Source: an uncultured virus (IMG/VR IMGVR_UViG_3300024239_000354)
Lineage: Duplodnaviria > Heunggongvirae > Uroviricota > Caudoviricetes
Strand: one strand, 5' to 3'
DNA: 64,000 nt
IMG/VR virus record: IMGVR_UViG_3300024239_000354
The position numbers and the translations under genes are program-made. Positions 38,330-46,388 of this stretch are shown here, piece by piece. Under the pieces are notes generated by a model. The model was given only the letters and a program-made list of their open reading frames with translations. It ran no database searches and had not been told where the DNA came from. Each line of letters begins with the position of its first letter. Position 1 is the first letter of the stretch.

Positions 38330-38634
38330 TGGCGGAAGGGATGGGATTCGAACCCATGGTGGGTTTGCACCCACGGCGGTTTTCCTTACACACTTCGGCT
38401 TTCGCCGCCCCAGTATGGGTTTGTGGTCTGGACTTTCTCTTCACCATGGCGGCTTTTGCCGCTTTAGATGCCTGCCGTCAAGTCTCTACACCTTCCTGAT
38501 CACTCAGGCTTGGCTCGGGATTGCCATGTCTTGCAACGAAGGTTTCCCCGAATTTGACAGGTTCTACTCCAAGGGTTTCCCCAAGGGCACTCGATAATCA
38601 AGACCGCTACCTTAAACCACTCGGTCACCCTTCC
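38330..38634 (-). tRNA. tRNA-Ser(UGA) interrupted by a group I intron
   Basis: Exons 38600-38634 and 38330-38384 join to give GCGGT-CTTGAAA-ACCGC, long variable arm, G73, CCA. Confidence 0.9.
38385..38599 (-). mobile_element. compact group I intron (215 nt, no ORF)
   Basis: TCAAATTCGGGGAAACC, GGCAATCCCGAGCCAAGC, AAGGTGTAGAGACT and AAAGTCCA core elements; U.G pair in P1; terminal G. Confidence 0.9.
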
Positions 38635-39668
38635 GTACTTCAGAATTCTTCACATCGTCAGAAGCCGGGATTTGGCTCACCACCCGGAACCCGTCGCTAT
38701 CGCGCCGCTCTTTTGCCATTAGGTTGAGGTACAACCGACGATGTTTTGGGATTATCGTATCCCTTCCGCGTCGAGCCTTGTCACGGACGCCATGCTATCC
38801 TCGTTGCCGTATTGGATTTCGCACTGTCATCCACGACAAACGACATTGAGCTTAGGTCTGAGTGCTACCTGCTGCTCGGTTATGGGAAGGCGGCGGGCTT
38901 TGCACCCCGCATTTTGGCTATTCAAGAACCGTGTCTTTCTTGCGACTGTCTAGTGCCCCAGCGCAGCCGTTAGACGACCCTTCCCGTGATCCTGTCATGT
39001 TCGCGACCATGACAAGGATGGCTATGTACCAAGTGCCAGAGGTTGCGCCGCGCCCGGTTCCACCGTGGTGGGAGGGTGGCACTTGGTACAACTGGATGAA
39101 CCCGACCCCAACATCAACGCGATGGGAGATCACATAAAGGCAGCTAGAAGCCGGGTTCAATTTTGTGGGAGCAGCCAAAACGGCGCTCAACCGAAAAGAC
39201 ATTCAGAGGATCAGGGTGGGTGCGAAACCACTTACCGGTGTTAGATGCCGGTGTACGAAAGCTTACGTACCTCCAATCCTCTACAGCCCCCTCTACTTGA
39301 ATGACTGGTCCTGGCGGTTCCGATGCGCTTCGGTACCGTTACTCCCAATCATTTTCCACGTTTCCAATCTCGGTCCATCAGGTTGTTCAAGGGTTCCCGA
39401 AGGTGCGCTCCCTTGTTCTTCCCTTCACTCAGAGGAGTCTAACGTGGCAGGCGTAGTTATCGGCTGTATTTCGAGTGTTGCCTACCTACACTCAGGGTGA
39501 AATCAAAATCATGGTACAGGGGTGCGTTTCCCCGGCGCAGCTTGGCACAATGACCACTAGCCCCCGTGGTGCCGCGTCGGACTATGATGATGGTGGGAGC
39601 AGCCATTGAAGGCGCTCAACCGATGATGGTTTTTGAACTGTGATAAGTAGCAAAATCCACCCGTTAAT

Positions 39669-39744
39669 TGGTGCTCCCACCCAGACTCGAACTGGGGACA
39701 TAGGCATTTAGAGTACCCTCTTCTACCAACTGAAGTATGGGAGC
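39669..39744 (-). tRNA. amber suppressor tRNA (anticodon CUA)
   Basis: GCTCCCATACTTCAGTTGGTAGAAGAGGGTACTCTAAATGCCTATGTCCCCAGTTCGAGTCTGGGTGGGAGCACCA; 76-nt cloverleaf, loop CTCTAAA. Confidence 0.9.
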
Positions 39745-40030
39745 TTGGTTCCCGCAGCATATCCGAAAACATGGGGTCATGCCGGTTTCCCTGACCCTTT
39801 CGCCCATCCTGTGTCAACCGCCGCCGAAGCAGCGATCACCCATTCTCCACCCCTTGCGAGGCTTCACTGTTTGGACAGCGATGAACTCCAACCACGCCTT
39901 CCTGCTTTCACAGCGAGCCAGCAATGGTGTCAATTTTGATTGGATACCTCTGTCACGGCTTTTTGACATCCGTCCACCGTGCCCTTCTCTTGAAGGGTTG
40001 TCCGCACCATACGATGTGTGGTGGATAAAT

Positions 40031-40133
40031 TGGTGACTGTGGGTCGTACTGCGCATCAATGGGTTGTCGCCATCCATTCAACCGACGTTGAATGCCCACC
40101 AGCAAGGCTACCAGCACCTTTTCTCCCACAGTC
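40031..40133 (-). ncRNA. CCA-ended structured RNA, non-tRNA core
   Basis: GACTGTGGG/CCCACAGTC stem followed by ACCA. Confidence 0.5.
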
Positions 40134-40172
40134 TTCGCCCCTTCCGGCTTTACCGCTTTCTTGAGGGCAATT

Positions 40173-40256
40173 TGGTGGAGGTTGTGGGTTGCATAACTTC
40201 CCACCCCGTCGTTGGCATACGCCCTACGCCGTCCGCTTCATGCTACGAAAACCCCC
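40173..40256 (-). ncRNA. Ala-acceptor mini RNA resembling an isolated tmRNA tRNA-like domain
   Basis: GGGGGTT/AACCTCC-A-CCA with G3.U70; GTGGG/CCCAC T-like stem; no anticodon arm. Confidence 0.5.
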
Positions 40257-40966
40257 AAAATGAGTAGCACCAGTTTTCGTCTGTTTTGCGCTGGGGTTTT
40301 TGGTCGATACCCCACTCTTGTTTTGTGTTCTATAACCTTATGTGGGGCGACGGGGTTTTACCGTGCCTTGTGGCGTTCCACGGCTCTTACCGTTTAACCG
40401 TCCATTCCAGCAATCGTGCGCACTCATGCTGTTCAAGTCGGTCAACGTCCTACTCGTTTCACAGGGAGCGACCCTGTTAATCCTTTCGGTCTAAGCTACG
40501 CCCCGCATAAGGTTACAGAGATAACGGTAGGCTGCTCAGCTATTGGCATACTACCGTTAATTATCGACGGTCACTGTTTCGCTCGCATCATGTGCGATGG
40601 ACTTTCACCATTTTGCCGTCGATGGGTCGTAATATGATGGTTCTGACTGCCTCTCTTTTTGGGCGGTGGGCATGCATCACCTTGGCAGTCCGTTTTCTTG
40701 CTACGTTTTCGAACCATAGAAGCCTTCCACTTCCGCGCGGCATCGTCATTACGGCGACCCGTTGTGCCGTACTCGCGCATCGTCATAGCCGCCCGCCTAA
40801 GCCGTTGGCTCGGATTTGCTTTCTGGATTGGATTGTGTTCATCGTTCTAACCGATGCCAACTGGACCTTCCGATTTAAACCAGCCAGCGAGCAGTGTGTC
40901 GCCACTTAGTTCCAGTGCCCGTGCATGATCCGGGTGGGTTTCACAGCCCCCTCAACACAAACTTAT

Positions 40967-41149
40967 TGGTTTCCAGCATCAGAGTTGAACTGATCCTTAC
41001 CCTCGATCACTACCCCATCCCTGAACAAACTGTGCGTCAGTTTTACGCGCAGAAACGGATCATGATGTCATCGGGGCGTGCTTTCCTCGGTGGATATACG
41101 CACGATCCACCTCATTGGAAATTACTACCTGTCTACACTACTGCTGGAT
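40967..41149 (-). ncRNA. enlarged tRNA-like RNA with a pseudoknot
   Basis: TCCAGC/GCTGGA acceptor, ATCAG-TTCAACT-CTGAT T arm, ACCA end; loop CGTGC can pair with downstream GCACG. Confidence 0.5.
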
Positions 41150-41428
41150 TACGGCGGGGATGATCCCCAAAACTTTCTAGACAACCCGGTGGTATGACCA
41201 CTATTTGTCCTTATCGGGGGCAGTGAGGAACACTCACCGCAGAAAACACTAACCTCTAAGTGGTTATTTGGACAGTCCAGGCTTGATTTTTGTGCCTTAC
41301 GAGTCGAACGTAAGTGCCCTAACACAAAACACCCTTCCGGTTTGCAACCCAGTTGGGATTGAGGCGCCTCTACCTGCCACGACTGCTAAGCCATGACGCC
41401 TGAACTGACCAAATAACCGAAGAAAGTA

Positions 41429-41533
41429 TGCAGGGGTGGACTTTCACCACACCACGCGCACTGCGCGTTGCTCTCCCCGTGGATAAGACGGGTCTGGCTC
41501 TTGGTATCCCGCGCCATATTAAGCTACCCTGCA
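41429..41533 (-). ncRNA. tRNA-like RNA with expanded D and variable arms
   Basis: TGCAGGG/CCCTGCA acceptor; CCCGT-CTTATCC-ACGGG; GTGG-TGAAAGT-CCAC. Confidence 0.5.
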
Positions 41534-42414
41534 ATTCCGTTTGCCCGGTGGATGGGGATTTGGACCCCACTTTCTCCCTTTCGGGTGCGTTACCTATTCG
41601 CCTCTCACTAGCAGATGTTGTTAGTGGCACGGTATTAAGCCGTATCCGCCGCTATCTGTGTACATCAGCCATCTGCATCAAGGTTCCCTGGTCCAGCCTA
41701 ACTGGTTGACAAGGGTCTGTCGGACAAATTGATTGGTGATCATCACCAAATTAAGATCGGCAACCCAAAGGCGTGGTGTTGAACCAGCAGATTGTCGGGG
41801 GTTTCCCGGCAATCCCTCCATTGCATTAGGTCTTTCGGATGACACATCCGAAGCAGCACCTTCGCTGCTCTGGTCGCAGATGCGACCATTTCAAAACTCG
41901 TTATGTTCAAGGATCGGCAACCTACGTAGAGGATTCGAACCTCTGCTACCCACCGTTTGGGTGAGTGTGCCACCGCAGCACTTACGAAGGTCTTTCGGAT
42001 GGTACCCTCCGAAGCAGCGCCATTTACTGCTCGGATCATGCTCGTGTATCCGTCGATACAAAAACCCGATCCTTGAAGATAACGAGTTGCTTGTTATTTG
42101 CGGGCAGGCGACTACTCTTCTCTGAGCTACCAGACCAAAAGGACCGGGCATAGGTTCCGTCCAAAGACGTGTCTATACGACCTTTCGCCTGCCTGCAAAT
42201 AACAAGCGTGTTGGTTGGGTGCCGCCACAGTTTGTATGCCAATGGTATGGCTTCTATGGCTCGAACGGAATGTCCGTCCGGTTGGTGCCGTTGTTGGTAC
42301 CAACTGGCACCCCAACCACGATCTGTATTCACGATGTCAATCAGACCGTTGATCTGACCGGGGCTGGTTTCCCAACCCGAAGAGCGTAGCGGTTCTCACC
42401 GCTGTGGAGCTTAG

Positions 42415-42443
42415 AATATAACACGCTGCGATTGCGGTGTCAA
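42415..42443 (-). promoter_or_regulatory. sigma70 promoter P2 of the ncRNA operon
   Basis: TTGACA-17 nt-TATATT. Confidence 0.85.
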
Positions 42444-42499
42444 CCCCTTGCTCCGTTGCCACTGTATCGTTTTGCGACATCAGCGGCGTCGATGAGTGG

Positions 42500-42528
42500 A
42501 CTATACAAGCCAGAAGTGGGTCTGTCAA
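42500..42528 (-). promoter_or_regulatory. sigma70 promoter P1 of the ncRNA operon
   Basis: TTGACA-17 nt-TATAGT. Confidence 0.85.
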
Positions 42529-42565
42529 CAGGGGTACGAAAATTTTTTATCCGCTAAATAACCCT

Positions 42566-42979
42566 ATGCGCTACAGCGAAATCCTAGATGAAGATTTGCG
42601 TACCCGAGAATTTGATTGGCCTGCCTGGGCACGCAATCGTCGGCGTAACTACGTTTTGGTTGATATTGATCCGGTAGCCTATGTCGAAGCCTTTGACAAA
42701 TACCAACCGGACATGGCAGTTCGATTTGATTATTATCACGACCATGAGAACGACTATCACCACCGTAAGGTGGATCGGTTGGTTCAATGGTTAGAAACAA
42801 ATCCCACGGTTCCCGTGGAAACCCCTGATGTAGGGCTGGATGACCGGGGGAACCCATATACGACTGACGGACGCCATCGACTGTATTGGTTTGCGAAGAA
42901 TGGAATACGGCGGATGAAGGTGATGGTGCCGCGCAATCAAGCTAAGAAGATTGCGCAGCTATTCCCACCACAAGAATGA
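42566..42979 (+). CDS. ParB/Srx-like late protein
   Basis: CTAAATA 5 nt before MRYSEILDED; TDGRHRL motif. Confidence 0.7.
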   Translation: MRYSEILDEDLRTREFDWPAWARNRRRNYVLVDIDPVAYVEAFDKYQPDMAVRFDYYHDHENDYHHRKVDRLVQWLETNPTVPVETPDVGLDDRGNPYTTDGRHRLYWFAKNGIRRMKVMVPRNQAKKIAQLFPPQE

Positions 42980-42980
42980 T

Positions 42981-43199
42981 CTATTCGATCATGTAGAGCC
43001 GCTTAATACCATCCATGCACTCACCGGGGCGGCTAGATGAAATGCATTTCGTTGCCATGTCGATGAATTGCTCCTTAGACACCGTAATTTTTTGCGGGGG
43101 TTCGTGTGTGGCAACGTAGATCACAAACCCGATCAGGGATGTTGCCACGCCTGCCAGTGCCGCCATCCGTATTGGACCTAACCGACGAAATATTTCCAT
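42981..43199 (-). CDS. small membrane protein
   Basis: MEIFRRLG... with one TM segment; GAGG SD. Confidence 0.6.
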   Translation of the reverse strand: MEIFRRLGPIRMAALAGVATSLIGFVIYVATHEPPQKITVSKEQFIDMATKCISSSRPGECMDGIKRLYMIE

Positions 43200-43200
43200 T

Positions 43201-44139
43201 CTATCGATCCTCGAACAGATTGGACACTGACATTTCGTGATTGATTCGATTGATCGCTTCCGCCAGTAACGGGGCGACCGTGATCTGTCGAATTTTCGCG
43301 CAACCATTCACTACATCAGTTGCTTTAATCGAGTCAGTAATTACCATTTCTGACAGAACTGAAGAACCAATGCGCTCAACCGCAGTACCAGACAGCACAC
43401 CATGGGTGATGTAGGCGGAAACTGAACGGGCACCCTTTTCAAGCAGTGCAGAGGCAGCATTGCACAGGGTACCAGCGGTGTCTACGATGTCGTCAATGAT
43501 CACGCAGTCTGCACCTTCGACGGTTCCGATCACGTTCATGACTTCACTGATGTTGGCTTTCTCGCGGCGTTTGTCGATGATCGCCAATTCCGCGTTATTG
43601 ATACGTTTCGCCAAATCGCGGGCACGCACCACACCACCCACATCTGGTGATACCACTACGGTATCACCCCGGAATTTTTCACGGATGTCACGGGCGAACA
43701 GTGGTGCTGCAAACAGGTTATCCACCGGAATGTTGAAAAAACCTTGAATTTGCATAGCGTGCAAGTCGAGAGTCAAAACACGGTGTGCGCCAGCGGTGGT
43801 GATAAGATCGGCAACCAATTTTGCGGAAATTGGGGTGCGGGGACCGGGTTTGCGATCCTGCCGGGCATACCCGTAATAGGGAATCACCGCCGTAATGCGT
43901 TTGGCGGATGACCGCTTCAATGCATCTATGGTGATTAATAGTTCCATAAGGTGTTCATTGCACGGGTGTGACGTGGATTGAACCACGAACACTTCGTTGC
44001 CACGGACATTCTCATTAATCTCAACGCGGATTTCCCCATCGGAGAACCGTTTGATCTCTGAATCTACGATGGGTATATCGAGATAATTGCCGATTGCCTT
44101 TGCTAGAGGCAGGTTACTGTTACATGAAAGAACCTTCAT
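43201..44139 (-). CDS. prs: ribose-phosphate pyrophosphokinase
   Basis: [34 protein letters not shown] and [10 protein letters not shown]. Confidence 0.98.
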   Translation of the reverse strand: MKVLSCNSNLPLAKAIGNYLDIPIVDSEIKRFSDGEIRVEINENVRGNEVFVVQSTSHPCNEHLMELLITIDALKRSSAKRITAVIPYYGYARQDRKPGPRTPISAKLVADLITTAGAHRVLTLDLHAMQIQGFFNIPVDNLFAAPLFARDIREKFRGDTVVVSPDVGGVVRARDLAKRINNAELAIIDKRREKANISEVMNVIGTVEGADCVIIDDIVDTAGTLCNAASALLEKGARSVSAYITHGVLSGTAVERIGSSVLSEMVITDSIKATDVVNGCAKIRQITVAPLLAEAINRINHEMSVSNLFEDR

Positions 44140-44175
44140 TTTGCACCCCAATGGAAAGGCATATTGCCTTATATT

Positions 44176-44769
44176 TCAAATTCTGTTTCGCCAGTGATAG
44201 ATTAGGCGATTGATCTGGCGGACTACGTGGGCTTTATTCCATCCCGAATGGATGATGATGTCCGCCAAGCGATTGCGTTTTTGTGTGGAAAGTTGTCGGC
44301 TCTCGAAAAATTTGAAATTGTCCAGTGTCATACCAGGGCGCGAAAGGACGCGCTGCTGCTGGATGTTGCGCGGGGCAGTTACGGAGAGCGTAAAATCACA
44401 AATGGTTTCCCAGCCCATTTCAAATAGTAACGGTACGTCGAGAACTACGATGGGGGTATGCCGGGCACGATGGCGACCAAGGAAGCGGTTGCGTTCCACA
44501 ACGAGCGGTTGGTTGAAGATATCGGCGAGGATGTCCAGAACCTTTGGGTCTTTCTGAGCCATATCCCGAAGGACCGGGCGCAAAACTCGGTTGTCGTTGG
44601 ATATAGCTTCCGGGAACCGATCACGGATGGTTGTGATCACGGATGGACATTTCATTAAGTAATGAACGGTGGCATCTGCATCAAATACCGGGATGGATTT
44701 TCTCCGTAACATTTTGGTTACTGTCGATTTCCCACACCCAATTCCGCCAGTGAGTCCGATCACTTTCAT
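44176..44769 (-). CDS. coaE: dephospho-CoA kinase
   Basis: IGLTGGIGCGKST, DAD and DVPLLFE. Confidence 0.95.
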   Translation of the reverse strand: MKVIGLTGGIGCGKSTVTKMLRRKSIPVFDADATVHYLMKCPSVITTIRDRFPEAISNDNRVLRPVLRDMAQKDPKVLDILADIFNQPLVVERNRFLGRHRARHTPIVVLDVPLLFEMGWETICDFTLSVTAPRNIQQQRVLSRPGMTLDNFKFFESRQLSTQKRNRLADIIIHSGWNKAHVVRQINRLIYHWRNRI

Positions 44770-45065
44770 CGTCTGCGCTTCCTACTCCGTTCGGAACTAT
44801 CCTTGTGGGAAACATAGAAGTGTGGGGGTTTTGTTTTAACCCATTCCACGAATTTCTGCATTTCCTCGTTTTCAAGGATACGTTCCGGTGTGTGATAGTA
44901 TCTCAGAAGTTCGCGCTCTGTAAAGACTGCATGTATTTTATTATGGCAGAGACGATGAAGGAGTGCCGTGTCCTTGCCTTTGAAGGTCTTCGGCTTCCAA
45001 TGATGTTCGTTTGTGGTGTCCGCTGGCATTGGACGACCGCAAATCGGGCAGACCGAATCAGTCAT
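44766..45065 (-). CDS. small HNH endonuclease-family protein
   Basis: CPICGR...EHHWKP...LHRLCHNKIH. Confidence 0.85.
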   Translation of the reverse strand: MTDSVCPICGRPMPADTTNEHHWKPKTFKGKDTALLHRLCHNKIHAVFTERELLRYYHTPERILENEEMQKFVEWVKTKPPHFYVSHKDSSERSRKRRR

Positions 45066-45339
45066 TGACACTTTTCAGGTACCGCGTTACCGCCTGAATA
45101 CGAGCAAGGGCAACGTTTTTCCAGCACCGTTTTTCATCCATCCCAACTTTACTGGGAAGAATAACGCCAGACCCAAGGAGTTTATTGTTTGCCGTCTTGC
45201 GGACGGGATCATTCAGTGCGGATAAGGCGCCTTGAAGATTGGTGATGATTTCCTCGAACCGCGCTTTTTCAATGAAAGGTTCATCTTTAATCGTGTCACG
45301 GATCGAAATTAGAGAATCAATGGCGTTTCCAATGGTCAT
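45058..45339 (-). CDS. hypothetical protein
   Basis: 93-aa ORF, ATGA-coupled. Confidence 0.65.
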   Translation of the reverse strand: MTIGNAIDSLISIRDTIKDEPFIEKARFEEIITNLQGALSALNDPVRKTANNKLLGSGVILPSKVGMDEKRCWKNVALARIQAVTRYLKSVND

Positions 45340-45647
45340 TTCATTACCTTCACATTCAAGGGGTACTTCTGGTTTCGCGCCAAACTCATCGTCTCGGTAG
45401 CCTTTGTTTCGGCAATTTCAAACGGATAGGTACCAGCAACCCCGTTACCTTTCTCATGGATGCGCAGCATTAACGTCGAAGCAGTGTCTTCGGAATGTCC
45501 GAAAATGTGCATTAGGACATGAACGACGAATTCCATCGGAGTGTAGTCATCGTTGAATACGACAACCTTGAACAAGTCCGGTGTAGGAATCTTGATCTTC
45601 GTTTTGGTGTTCGCTTTTTGCGATGGGCTTAGCTGTGTTCCGGGCAT
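45336..45647 (-). CDS. clpS: Clp protease adaptor ClpS
   Basis: NDDYTPMEFVV, ML.IHEKG, EIAETK and YPL. Confidence 0.95.
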   Translation of the reverse strand: MPGTQLSPSQKANTKTKIKIPTPDLFKVVVFNDDYTPMEFVVHVLMHIFGHSEDTASTLMLRIHEKGNGVAGTYPFEIAETKATETMSLARNQKYPLNVKVMK

Positions 45648-45648
45648 T

Positions 45649-46263
45649 TTATTTGGTCTGTGTGTCGTGAACGATTTGGGTAGCGCCACCAAACAATACG
45701 TCAATAACACTCCTGCACCGCTCATCTAACGGACCTGTGAGGTGGATGATGTTGTCCAGCTTGTGAAGCCGCGTAAACGTTATCAGCATGTGGTCGTCAA
45801 GTTGGTTGATGTCATCCTGGGTTTGGTACCGAGTACCGTCTTTCAGGATATTCTTATTGGCCTTGTAAGTTTCTTCCTTATCGAGCAGGAAGATGAAGTC
45901 ATAACGACGCAAATAAAGGTCATCAAGCAGGTGTTTGTACATATCAGCAAGCACAAGGCGCTGCCGAGCGTCATTGTTGTCTGCATAAAGACATGCGTAG
46001 AAGTACGGCGTCAGGGTGCCTGAATCGGTGATGATATAATCTACCGCATCAGGTACCGAATCTTCGATTCGACGCTGGTTTTCTAGGGTGCGGTATTGTT
46101 CCCATATATTCTTCATGGGACCATGGAGATTTATATCAGTACGAATCCATTCTGTAATGAGTTCGGCATTGATATGGCGCTTTTTCAGTGCCGATGTCAC
46201 ATCCAGTGTTAGGGTGGACTTACCGGAACCTGCCGGTCCAATGAAAGCGATTCGTTTAGTCAT
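45649..46263 (-). CDS. NadR/Ttd14-like P-loop ATPase/kinase
   Basis: RIAFIGPAGSGKST, ITEW.R, IITDS and YDFIFLL. Confidence 0.8.
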   Translation of the reverse strand: MTKRIAFIGPAGSGKSTLTLDVTSALKKRHINAELITEWIRTDINLHGPMKNIWEQYRTLENQRRIEDSVPDAVDYIITDSGTLTPYFYACLYADNNDARQRLVLADMYKHLLDDLYLRRYDFIFLLDKEETYKANKNILKDGTRYQTQDDINQLDDHMLITFTRLHKLDNIIHLTGPLDERCRSVIDVLFGGATQIVHDTQTK

Positions 46264-46388
46264 GTGCAAGCCCCTTTGCTTGGGCTTTGTATAACATCAC
46301 TGTAAAATACGGCTCAATAAACTTCTGGACAAAAAGAAAAGGGGTTGGTGAAAGACCAACCCCTTTCTATGGCTACACAAGTAAGGGA

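Larger units (their letters stand above)
36016..42333 (-). ncRNA. long non-coding RNA operon (tRNAs, tRNA-like RNAs, ribozymes, stalk-enclosed modules)
   Basis: No credible CDS over 6.3 kb; all recognisable RNAs are on the minus strand; ends are complementary; tandem promoters upstream. Confidence 0.8.

Noticed and set aside
39140..39165. RNase P RNA (GAACCCGGCTT resembles its 3-prime conserved region)
   Set aside because: No matching GAGGAAAGTCC 5-prime partner at a suitable distance
40173..41149. Complete or two-piece tmRNA
   Set aside because: No convincing ANDN/ANDE...AA tag reading frame found
36000..42430. Many 60-170 aa ORFs in the ORF track
   Set aside because: They overlap tRNAs, the intron and stems on both strands, lack SD sites and recognisable motifs, and have atypical composition
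36000..42430. rRNA genes, given the rrn-like leader
   Set aside because: No 16S, 23S or 5S universal sequence blocks seen
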